A stretch of DNA of 63,177 bases, filler included, from Lenisia limosa (lineage: Eukaryota > Protista > Breviatea): assembly GCA_001655205.1 (NCBI GenBank). It is 14 parts of 14 records of this genome, joined end to end, with 100 filler letters (N's around TTAATTAATTAA, not from the genome) between each part and the next. Parts side by side here need not be neighbours in the genome. Positions count along the whole stretch, not along the records: positions 38,125 to 43,614 come from LPNZ01004310.1; positions 43,715 to 46,284 come from LPNZ01009431.1; positions 46,385 to 48,149 come from LPNZ01005910.1; positions 48,250 to 51,845 come from LPNZ01004200.1; positions 51,946 to 58,942 come from LPNZ01010748.1; 9 more parts are not named here. One strand, given 5' to 3'. Position numbers and translations under genes: made by a program. This document shows positions 41,167 to 52,519 of the stretch, in pieces. The notes beneath the pieces were generated by a model. The model worked only from the letters and a program-made list of their open reading frames with translations, ran no database searches and had not been told where the DNA came from. Every line of letters starts with the position of its first letter. Position 1 is the stretch's first letter.

Positions 41167-41918
41167 CTAGAGAGTGATGACTTGGTAACCCTCTTCAAGG
41201 TACTTAGTAATGCCAGCATGACCATGCATATCTTCAAGGCGGTCCACATTGAGGGCCTAGAAGTGGGTCAAAATTGAGCAAATCTATTGTAGAGGTGGGA
41301 AACAAATATTGTCTTCCTCCTTCAAAAATATAAAGACCACGCAAGGTGAGCCAACCTCAGCCTTAGGAGTCATATCAGAGTCGGCAGCACCGCACCCCTT
41401 AGTAGCACCAGCACAAGTTCCGGCGATGACTCCAGAATCCTGGAAAAGTAAGGATCAGTTAGGGAATTGTTGGACGTAGGTCACTTAGTATAAACCTGCG
41501 AACGAAAATATATATATAAAAGATTTTTATTCCAAATGGCGTGTGAGAGGGAGGGGGAAGAGACTTACAAACGCAAAAAGAGTCAAACATGATGGAAAGT
41601 TCGACTTTCGCAGCCCTGCTTACAATAGCTTCTTTAAGTTGCTTGGCAAACCATTCACTGTCCCATCCAAAGCACTTGGTGGCAGCTCCTTCAAGGATCA
41701 CCTTGGCCTGGAGAAAATTTAGGAAAATAAGATGTTTAATTGTTACAACTGGCATTCGTTTGAATAATAATCAGATACCCATGTAAACAAGATCATTACA
41801 GGTTTGCCTATCCACATACGGTGTGTCCTTTAGCGACAAGATCTTTGGCATACCACAGAGCGTGGGCGAGACGGCATTGATCGTCAGAAAAAGCAACAAT
41901 AAGAACCTTAAGAGACAT
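41167..41918 (-). CDS. DsrE/DsrF-like protein, 118 aa, 4 exons (41918-41820, 41707-41624, 41439-41356, 41256-41167)
   Basis: MSLKVLIVAFSDDQCRLAHALWYAKDLVAKGHTAKVILEGAATKCFGWDSEWFAKQLKEAIDSGVIAGTCAGATKGCGAADSDMTPKAEALNVDRLEDMHGHAGITKYLEEGYQVITL*; KVILEGAATK, GTC and GH...KYLEEGYQVITL match prokaryotic DsrE-family proteins. Confidence 0.82.
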
Positions 41919-42163
41919 TTTGAGTGTTTTTGAGGAAAGTTGAAAAAAAATTGTTTAGGGGACTAATATTGAAGGGGGAAGGTAGAGAAATAACCTGGGG
42001 GTTCTAGAACTATCTAAACTATGTAAGTTGAGTTCTTCATGGATTTTTACCAGGCAATAAGTAGAAGTGAGAGAGGATATTTTATTAGAGAATAAAGTAA
42101 GGATTAGATCAAAGAAAATTTTTTACTCTGTTTTCTTCACAGTTTTCTGTTGTACGCCACAAA

Positions 42164-43397
42164 ATGGCTCCTGATAGCATTGATGTGGTTAAGCAGTACA
42201 AGCTGATGGCCGAAGAAGCTGAGAATATTGAGTTCATGGTGCGAGACAGTGGTCTATTATCAGGTGAGCGCTTGTGGGCCCTTCTTCTTCTCTCACCCCT
42301 TTTTTGTCCATATAACATCCTGAAAATAGAATTTTAACTCTTGTTACAACATAGGGTTGATGATCTTTCTGAAGGAGGAGGACAAAGAAGATGTCCGTAA
42401 GGCTGCTCTGGAGACTCTTCTGGTAAGCGTCAAGCTCAGATGATAGAAAAGAAAACGTTTTTTTTTTATGTTTTGGGTGATAGAAATATGGACACAGGAG
42501 GGTTCACCTCACTTCATATTCCAGCTTTGACAGACAGAATAACAGTTTCAACGAGATCTTCGACTGACCCCTCTCTTTCCAACTTTTTCTTCCCTTGTGC
42601 ATTAATCACTGCATCTCTTCATATTATCATTTCACATAGTATTATCATTTTTCATAATTATCTTCCCAGTTTTCTTCAACATATCATTTAACTCATATAA
42701 ATATTCTCATTTTGCTTCTTTGTTCACGATTTAGATGTTCGTCGCCAATGAAGATGGTAAAAGCATTATCCGAGAGCAAAGTAAGCCTGATATTCTTAAA
42801 GAGCAAGAGTTGATCACGATAAGTTTTCTCCTTGGGAAATCATTTTGCAAATCGGTCAAGACTTACCCTGGTCACTGTATATAATAAAATACTATATCAT
42901 ATCGAATATCATATGTAAAGGGACAGAAAAATAAACCAAAGGATCAGATAATTACATATAAGTGTGTCCATATATATTATGCTTTTTTTAGAACAATATA
43001 ACCATGAGGAGGGAGGGAGGGGAGGGGGGTAAATCTGACACTGAACCATTCTAAGNNNNNNNNNNNNNNNNNNNNNNNNNNNNNNNNNNNNNNNNNNNNN
43101 NNNNNNNNNAAATCCCGGCAATTCTTTACTCTTTGGGGGAAATATAGATTCCATTATTGGAAGCAGAGAAGTATTCTTTACAAGAAATTAAATTACAATA
43201 AAGGGATACAAAAGCAATACATAGATCAATACTATAAGTGTGACTAGAGAGCTTGGCTTTTGGGCTTCATAAATTTTCCAATTTACTCTTTTACAGGCGA
43301 GCTTGTTTCAGTTATCCGGCACGGAGCGACAAAGTTCAGCGGGGATCAAAAGGATTTGGCTCGGAACATTCTCCGCAAGCTTTTTGTTGAGGCCAAG
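42164..43397 (+). CDS. ARMC1: ARMC1-like armadillo-repeat protein, N-terminal part
   Basis: MAPDSIDVVKQYKLMAEEAENIEFMVRDSGLLSGLMIFLKEED...VRKAALETLL|MFVANEDGKSIIREQ...DQKDLARNILRKL resembles the ARMC1 N-terminus (DALSVVNQLRDLA...DQGCLPGLILF). Confidence 0.65.
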
Positions 43398-43741
43398 GTG
43401 CGGGGGGTTATTTACGATATGGGAAGGCACGCAGAAAGCTGTGTGCACAGAGTTGTAAGGCAAATGATTGGGTGCATTAATATTCTATAATCCAATATCT
43501 CTTATAAGCGTGATGGTGCTGACGGCTTCGGCCAGATACAACCATATTTTTTATTTCTCATTGCTGTATATGCATATCATATATGATATAATATATATTT
43601 ATGTGGGGGGGGGGNNNNNNNNNNNNNNNNNNNNNNNNNNNNNNNNNNNNNNNNNNNNTTAATTAATTAANNNNNNNNNNNNNNNNNNNNNNNNNNNNNN
43701 NNNNNNNNNNNNNNAAACGAAAAGCACTTCAACGAGCTTAC

Positions 43742-46164
43742 CTGTTTAGCAAGCTGAATAGAGGCAATTCGCAAGGCTGCTGCAACGCGACGTGAGAGAA
43801 CTGGAGCTGTCCTGGAGACGGTAAATGATTATTATTAATCTGGTCAGTGGTAATTTGAACACGATTGCATACACAGTAACCCCCTCCCTCTTTCACGTTA
43901 TATTACCAGTTTACGTCGAACCGAGGTGGAGCCCTATTGCCAAACCCTACCTAAATCCTGCAGAAAACAGCAGGATTTCAGCAATAGCAGTGGAGTCGGC
44001 AGCCATCATAGAAACAGGGCGGAACAGAGCTTTGAGGTTCTGCGGCAGGTCGGATCGCCCAACATATCTGGGTATAGTAAGTGAAGGTAAGGTTACACAA
44101 TGATTCCAGGAACTATCTTGGGAGATAAGGTACATAAAGTGGCTGGAGATTAGTCACACAGAGAGACATCATCATAAACCCCGAGTTGAGGTCGCGCCAG
44201 GGTGGTAACCCCAGGAAAGAATAAAAAAAAGGGTAATTTGGGAGATTTTGCAAGAGAATTATAAAGCAATGTGAAAAAATCAATATAGCTAGTTGTATCT
44301 GGCCGAAGCCGTCNNNNNNNNNNACAACTACTCAACTTTCTCCGTACCTCCTCAGCAATTTTCCAGTTTACCCACGTTGGATTCATGGTGGTGAAGATAG
44401 CGCTTGTACGGTCGAGATGGACATCAACGCCTTCCAGTTTGACTCTCTTATTTCCTGCTGCCATGCCGCTTTGAATTGCAGCAATTTGGTAGGATTAAAT
44501 AGAGAACTCATAAATATTTGACTATCTTTTTGCCTGCTGGTATCCCNNNNNNNNNNNNNNNNNNNNNNNNNNNNNNNNNNNNNNNNNNNNNNNNNNNNNN
44601 NNNNNNNNNNNNNNNNNNNNNNNNNNNNNNNNNNNNNNNNNNNNNNNNNNNNNNNNNNNNNNNNNNNNNNNNNNNNNNNNNNNNNNNTCGATTTTTTTTC
44701 GAACCGAAGTGAAGGTCAATCATATTTAATTCATACTTAGTTGAGATGATTTAATTAATTATAATTAAGCATGCAACTATTAACAAGTATTTTCCAATCA
44801 TCCTCATTACGAGCTGATTTTTGCCTATATTTCATACAATCGCCAAGTTTACCCTGGCCCACCTGGGTCGCGACAATGGATAAGACATCGGCTGGGATTC
44901 TGTTGAACTCGTCAAAGACGGCCCAGGCTCCTGAAGCTACCACACCTCCAAGGAACCGAGCCATCGTCATTGAAGTGAACTCCGGACTGGGGGGGGGGGN
45001 NNNNNNNNNNNNNNNNNNNNNNNNNNNNNNNNNNNNNNNNNNNNNNNNNNNNNNNNNNNNNNNNNNNNNNNNNNNNNNNNNNNNNNNNNNNNNNNNNNNN
45101 NNNNNNNNNNNNNNNNNNNNNNNNNNNNNNNNNNNNNNNNNNNNNNNNNNNNNNNNNNNNNNNNNNNNNNNNNNATACACACACAAAAAAAAGAAGCTCA
45201 AATTCAGTTGGCTAGCAACACACGAGGGTTTAATAGAGTAAATCAAACAAAGCCCAGACCATCACCCTAACCTGCAAAAAAGAATCGTAAATGCAGTGTG
45301 TTTATATTTCAGGTAAAGAGGAACGTAAACAATGATAGCAACATAGTTAGCCATTGTAATTTCGCAAATATGTTAAGAGACTAATTTCAGTTCATTTGAT
45401 ATTTAAAGCAAGTTGTTGTTGGAGAACCTGGCTTGGTCGAAGGACAAAAAGAACCGTAAACGAGAGTGTAACTTGCGTGATTTAGATTATGTGTATTCGA
45501 TAAGAAAACAACAATTATGATTTTCATAATGACCAAATTAAATTCATGTCAAAAGCAGTAAGAATATGACGTCAACGAAAGTTTATATTCGAATATCCGT
45601 GACAATTCTCAAACACAACCTGCTTATATACAAAAATTGAAAAACAATTCCTCTCAAGAAAAAAAAAGAAGAAAAAAAACAGGGACTCCACAAACCTGCA
45701 GTTGAAGATGACGCATTGTTTAGCCACAGCTTTGGCTAAATCCTTGCAGGTCTCAGATTTGCCCGTTCCTGCTGGACCTTGAGGAAGACCTCCCATGAAG
45801 GACGAGACCGTATTGAGAAGAGTTCTGCCAAGGGAATTAACAGGGAAAATTCGGGGGACGTATCAGGTACTATCCAAAATAATATTACTTCTTTCATTGG
45901 ACCTTGCTCAATTTAATGATGTGAAAATTTGTTTGAAAATCGAGTGTCTGAAAAAAAAAAGCTCTCAAACCACACATTCAAACCACACTCCCCCTTTCAC
46001 GTAAAGCATCTCAGGGTCAGAGGCGTAATAACAAGGCGAGAAGAGTTGCCAAGATACTCGAAGCCATAAGCAACAGTGGCAAGAGACATTTGCACGGTCG
46101 CCTTGTCGTCCTGCCAATACGCCCGAATATTCCGCTTCCAATCGTACGAGTTGACCGAAATTAC
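43742..46164 (-). CDS. Axonemal dynein heavy chain, AAA1 region (inner-arm type), partial
   Basis: [22 protein letters not shown]...[27 protein letters not shown]...[13 protein letters not shown]...[29 protein letters not shown]. Confidence 0.95.
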
Positions 46165-46628
46165 CTTGATAGGGGGTGAGATGGGGACGTTTAGGGAGAT
46201 CAGAGAAAATATATTTTATAAAAAAAAAGGTGAGGAGTAAAATGGGAAAATTTATGAAACAAAAAAAAAGCCCAAATCAACTCTNNNNNNNNNNNNNNNN
46301 NNNNNNNNNNNNNNNNNNNNNNNNNNNNTTAATTAATTAANNNNNNNNNNNNNNNNNNNNNNNNNNNNNNNNNNNNNNNNNNNNGAAATTATATAATAAG
46401 AAGAAAATGAAGATGAAGATGAAGAAGCGCAATAATAACAACAAAACAAACAAAGCCTAGGCAGGTCACTATGCCCTTCCCCATCATACATCAACAGTGA
46501 CCAGGATAAGTCTTGACTGGAGACATTGGATTTTACTATCATCTTCACCCAGTCATTTTCCTTACAACTCTGTGCACACAACTTTGTGCGTGCATGCTTT
46601 ATTACACGAACCTCCCATATTATACACA

Positions 46629-46729
46629 TTGGGCTTCACTTCGATTCAAAAAAACCGAGGAAATATCGATAGTTTTCGAGGATTTATCTAGACATTCTGT
46701 CTTTTTTTTTGAACCGAAGTGAAGCCCTA
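46629..46729. mobile_element. hAT-type MITE, subfamily A1
   Basis: GGGCTTCACTTCGATTC...GAACCGAAGTGAAGCCCTA. Confidence 0.85.
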
Positions 46730-46920
46730 ATAATACATCATATGCATATGCATATGCTTAGCCACCACTACAGAGTTGATTTTGGGCTTCTTTATTTCAT
46801 AATTTTTCAATTTTTACTCTCACTGGTTCGTAGCTGTGTGATACTTTGTGTTATCTCATCTCTTTTGTCTCTTAATTCAAACAGTATTTTACTCGTCCTT
46901 CTAACATTATCCAGAAACAG

Positions 46921-46999
46921 CTGCGCTATCCATGCCGGGCGTGTGACTATCATGAAGCGAGATCTGGAGCTTGCCCATCGTCTGGCTAATTATTTCTAG
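46921..46999 (+). CDS. Histone H3-family C-terminal exon, divergent (CenH3/CENP-A-like)
   Basis: CAIHAGRVTIMKRDLELAHRLANYF* after a cag acceptor. Confidence 0.6.
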
Positions 47000-47425
47000 G
47001 GGTGCGGGGGGTAATTAGCTATTATCCAATTTTACTCCCAGTTTTTCGGAAGGATTTGCGATGGTTGTGTATTAGTTGTACTATAGTGTGTATGGCCTCT
47101 TGATGTATTTTACTTCTCTTCCACCACAATAGAGATTCATCGTTTAGAAATAGACTGAGCTTCTTGATAATCCCAAATATTGATATATCCAGGTCGGGCC
47201 GTAGGGAAGCCCTGAACAATGGGGTATCCAGCCAAAGCCGTCAACATCACCACGCTTATGAGATATTGGATTTCGTGACAATAATCATTTGCAGGAGAAA
47301 AACGAAAAAGACCGAGTGTGTACAGTTTGAAACAAAGTGTATCAACAATTACCATAAGTAGACTTAGAACAAAGAAACAAACACCTACAATCACAGCGAA
47401 ACGAACCCAAAATTCCCTAGTGGTT

Positions 47426-48005
47426 CTATTGCATTTTCCTCTGGACGTTACTGAAGCCCATACCCATAGCAGTGACCATAGTACCGCCGTTGTCGTCCTC
47501 GAGAAGCTTGAACTTGACGTTGAAGATGTCATTAAGGTTTCGGAGGGTTTGGATTCTAACGAGTCAGATGAAGCAAAAGACATCGCATATAATATGCATA
47601 GTACTTGGGCTTCACTTTGGTTCGAAAAAAGACTGAATTTCCCGAGAAATCCTCGAAAACTCTCGATATTTTATCGTTCTTTTTTGACCCTAAGTGAAGC
47701 CCTGCATAGCACAAAAACAGCCCCTTCACAGATAGCTAGATATATGTATAATTATGATATATCATATACGATATAATCAGACACATTTACTACATGATAC
47801 ATACATACATACTGTAACATACATGTATTATATTATATCGATATATATACTATCATAGATACAGTGTATGACACCTGTATATTACCCCCCCCCCCACGCG
47901 TTCTTAGTCAAAGGACCAAGTCGAACGCGGGAAACGTCCTCGGGACAAAGCGCCAAAAGAGTCAGGAGGAAGCCTTGGTTGAGGGAGTCGACACAGGGTG
48001 CATAT
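47426..48005 (-). CDS. RCL1: RNA 3'-terminal phosphate cyclase-like protein, last two exons
   Basis: PCVDSLNQGFLLTLLALCPEDVSRVRLGPLTKNA|IQTLRNLNDIFNVKFKL...TMVTAMGMGFSNVQRKMQ*. Confidence 0.88.
47605..47704. mobile_element. hAT-type MITE, subfamily A1, in an RCL1 intron
   Basis: TIRs present; TSD catagtac/catagcac. Confidence 0.88.
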
Positions 48006-49029
48006 CTAGGGGAGAGGGTTAAGTCCGAAACCAACTCTATTGGCTTACAAGGGCTGATAACAACAAAACAAACCAAGACCATTCCAGTCGCTTCTACAGC
48101 ACCGCGTCCCATCAAGTATATATCATAGTGTATTGGAGGGAGGGGGGGTNNNNNNNNNNNNNNNNNNNNNNNNNNNNNNNNNNNNNNNNNNNNTTAATTA
48201 ATTAANNNNNNNNNNNNNNNNNNNNNNNNNNNNNNNNNNNNNNNNNNNNAAATTGGAAACTTTATGAAACAATAAATAAATAATAAAAAAAAAAAGCCAA
48301 ATCAACCCTGTTGGCTGAAGAGGGCCAGTCGCATCTATAGTACCATCACTCCAGCGTGTGAAGGAGTCTGATGAAAATAGTGTTGTTCGGGGAGGGGTAT
48401 GGTGAATGATATTATATCAACAAGAAAACTGGAGATCACACCATAATACATTGATTTGTAAGCTATACTGAAACAATCATTGATTAGACTGAAGGGGATT
48501 GTAAAAAAAAAAAAAAAATAATAATGAAGAAAAAAAAAGCAACAGCAANNNNNNNNNNNNNNNNNNNNNNNNNNNNNNNNNNNNNNNNNNNNNNNNNNNN
48601 NNNNNNNNNNNNNNNNNNNNNNNNNNNNNNNNNNNNNNNNNNNNNNNNNNNNNNNNNNNNNNNNNNNNNNNNNNNNNNNNNNNNNNAACCGAAGTGAAGC
48701 AAGAAGCATCAGTATGCCACTTAAGAGGACCAATTCAACCGATCTTCATCATGGTGTTAACATAAAAAAACAGACTGTTCAATTCTGAAAGAACACCTGT
48801 TTAGAAACGCTGGTATTCCTAGGAACCACAACGCTACTGCCCAACGCAGCTCACATCACTGCCGCCCTCTCGGACAAACTAAAAGAACCAGAGATCAAGG
48901 GCATTAGTCATCATGACCACCTCCCTTGCTCCCAAAGTCTTTTAAACATGTTTAAAGGCCTTATCTCCAATCAAATACACGGAGTCGCAGAAAACTTCCC
49001 TCGCTGAGATGAGTATAATGGGTTCTCAC

Positions 49030-49682
49030 CTAGTAGTGGAGCGCACTGATCTCAGGTGATTGCCATAAACGGGCACCCTGTGCTCCTGAAGAACCATGCG
49101 GCTGTGTCTGTTGGGGTCTGAAGGCTCCATCATTGACAGATCGGCGCGAATTGAAGAAGTCAGTTGGTCGACGGAGGGAACAACGAGGCCTAGAGAGTCG
49201 TAAGCCCCGGAATCATTTGGATGTTCACTTACGTTGATGTGAATACGCGTCTGAAGGCACAGGGAGAACCTTAGAGGTAAAACGAGAAAAAAAGATGTCG
49301 TGCTTAAACTGCGTGTCCTGCATTATCTGATAACTTTGCTATAAATCCACAAACTTCCTCAGGAGTGATAGTTGAAGGGGCCTTGCCACGAGAAACTGAG
49401 GGGTAAATGCAAATAAGTGCTGAATTAACCTACGTAAGAGGTTCATCCAATCGTCAACAACTCGTTTGATGGAGCTTGGGATTCCTAGTTCGCCAAGGTT
49501 GTTAGGGGAAAGCTCAACAAAGCGTGAACCTGTAAGCGGTAAAATGACCATCCCCTGGGTAACAAACCATTAATTTTGTGTTCAAGTACGGCAGAAGCAA
49601 GCGCATCAAGTTGGTTTTGGTAGAGGAAATCTGACACTTGAAGAACGGTCCAGCTTCGGACATCATTCAGATTTATTTCCAT
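49030..49682 (-). CDS. SAM-domain protein, N-terminal part
   Basis: MEINLNDVRSWTVLQVSDFLYQNQLDALASAVLEHKING|SRFVELSPNNLGELGIPS after removing a 38-nt intron. Confidence 0.65.
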
Positions 49683-50023
49683 TATTCAGCTATATAGCTT
49701 GGTGTAACGAAGAACTATCTTCTGTAGAAAAATTTCAGGACTAGCAGAATGTGTATCGCAATCTGGAAGTCCTCTCAGCCTTAGGGGAGACTAGGAATAC
49801 ACACCTCCTAATTTAACTGACAAGCTCTCAAAAAAGACCGACAAAATAAAAGTTTATCCGCTACAGTCATGTTTTGGCTCGGAGAGCATAGCCCAGTTCC
49901 GACGTTTTCCTGCTGAGCAGATCTGCATCTGTCCGTAATTAGTTTGTGTTATTAGAGAAGGTATATCTTGTTTACATTTAGAAAATTTCTTGGACACTAA
50001 GAATCAGCGTTTCCCACACTAAA

Positions 50024-51815
50024 ATGGGGTGGTGTGTTCACCTTGTGCCCTTCTATCTCGCCTTCTGTGCATTGCTATGCACATATGGACTGACAAATGC
50101 GGCGGTGGATGTAACAGATTGTTCGCAGCTTGATCTTCAATCCAGTCGTGACATCTCTGGAGGGGAGACAGTCTTCTCGCTTAAGAAGAGCATTGACTGT
50201 TCGAAGCATGAAGGCAGCATTGTATGATGGGCAGTTTTGGTCAATAAATCGTCCCTCTTTTGCTTCATATGAGATCATGCCAAAAAATGAGTTTCCCTTT
50301 TTTTTTCGCAACTTTCTCGGATGTATCGTTTGTTTCACGGTTCATAATTGCCGCCTCTATGGATTGGGAGAGATATGGGTTTGCTTTTCCCCCTCTAATT
50401 TCATTTTCTTCTTTTGGTCTGGCGAATGTCTGCAAAGGCCCATTAATTACACACCAGTACCATGCTGATACTTTTGCGGACCTACTTTTGGCCAAAATGG
50501 GATAAATTTGGGCTCCACAAAATATATGCTTTTGGGGAAGTGAAGGTTATCAGCTTTAAAAACGGAGATATGATGTCATTGAACTATGCAGTGTGACCTT
50601 GGTAAGTCTTGTCCGATTTATCACATGATTTTCCCATGATAATCAATCAAGACTTTCTGTATGCAATGATGTTTGTTTATGTTTAAGCATATTGAGAGTA
50701 AGTATACGATTGATGTGATTGGGCGTAAGATATTAGTTAGCGCTGGTTTCAGGTTTAATTAGGGCTTCACTTTGGTCGAAAAAAGACTGTATTTCTCGAT
50801 AAATCCTCGAAAACTATTGATACTTTAACGGTCTTTTTCGAACCGAAATGAAGCCCTAGTTTTAATAAATGAAATAGGTCTTCTTTTTTTTTCAAATAGT
50901 GATTATTATAATGGCAAATATAAGTTCGAATTGTGATGAATATAATATGAGGTTAAACAGGTTTTTAATATAATAATGAATAAGAAGTTCATATTATGAT
51001 GTACAATGCTTGACTATGATAAGTGCAACCACACAACTCATGAGTAATATATGTAATTGTATATCAGCTCATGTTAACAGTAGTTTTTGTTGACAAAATT
51101 CTACTATACTATATGTTTACACCTTTTGTATTGTACCGATTCTTGTCAGTAGTCGGTAATTGAAAAGGTGAGTCATTAGCCATATATTCTTTAAGAGTGT
51201 GGGGTGAAGAAAGGTCCAACNNNNNNNNNNNNNNNNNNNNNNNNNNNNNNNNNNNNNNNNNNNNNNNNNNNNNNNNNNNNNNNNNNNNNNNNNNNNNNNN
51301 NNNNNNNNNNNNNNNNNNNNNNNNNNNNNNNNNNNNNNNNNNNNNNNNNNNNNNNNNNNNNNNNNNNNNNNNNNNNNNNNNNNNNNNNNNNNNNNNNNNN
51401 NNNNNNNNNNNNNNNNNNNNNNNNNNNNNNNNNNNNNNNNNNNNNNNNNNNNNNNNNNNNNNNNNNNNNNNNNNNNNNNNNNNNNNNNNNNNNNNNNNNN
51501 NNNNNNNNNNNNNNNNNNNNNNNNNNNNNNNNNNNNNNNNNNNNNNNNNNNNNNNNNCATTGACACATTCAGAACTTTGTCCACCCCACGATCATCGACG
51601 GCAATGGACACACCATCACATTTGCAACGAATTGCCCTTCAACCCACGTTTTCCGCAACCAGTACAACCTCACCGTCAAAAACGCCAGCTTCAAGGGAAC
51701 ATGTGGGGAGACATTCCTTGTAGATCAAAATGATCATGATCTTTTTTCCGGTTCGATTTTTATACCACTCCCCTCAGAATTGATTGTTTTCATCATTATT
51801 CTGTGTTATCACAGG
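50024..51815 (+). CDS. Secreted or surface protein with a GLUG/beta-helix-like motif, partial
   Basis: Hydrophobic signal peptide; DCSQL...LKKSIDCS; IIDGNGHTITF...NLTVKNASFKG. Confidence 0.5.
50760..50858. mobile_element. hAT-type MITE, subfamily A1
   Basis: TIRs present; TSD ggtttaat/gttttaat. Confidence 0.9.
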
Positions 51816-52519
51816 GTCATATTTTTCTTTTTTGTTGCTTCATTTNNNNNNNNNNNNNNNNNNNNNNNNNNNNNNNNNNNNNNNNNNNNTTAATTAATTA
51901 ANNNNNNNNNNNNNNNNNNNNNNNNNNNNNNNNNNNNNNNNNNNNCGGCACGGATACTCCGGTCTACAAGTTGTCAGAAAGTCATCAAAAAATGTGGTGG
52001 TAAATCACTGCTTTATCGAGCAAAAATAAAAAATAGTAAAGACAAAAGGCCCAACTTTTTCAACTACGGACGTTTTCCAAAAATAGCCCTTTTTTAGAAA
52101 AGCCGGAAAAAGCCAAGGGGAACAAATAGGGCTAAGAAACTGTTTAAATATCTCACCATATTAGGATGTATAAACGCCTTTTGCAACTATTAAGATGTAC
52201 AAAAAAAAGCCCACCCCCCCTTAACCTCAAGTCAAATCAATCTTAAAAAAGCCTTATTAATACCTATGTGACTTACCTTTGTTTAGTGTAATAGACATTT
52301 ATTAATANNNNNNNNNNNNNNNNNNNNNNNNNNNNNNNNNNNNNNNNNNNNNNNNNNNNNNNNNNNNNNNNNNNNNNNNNNNNNNNNNNNNNNNNNNNNN
52401 NNATTAGAGATTCCCTACGGTCCGAAAAGACCGTTTAATATCGAAGATTTATCGAGAGATTCGGTCTTTTTTAGGACCATAGGGAAGCCTTAATCAATTT
52501 CACGATTAATTAATACCCC

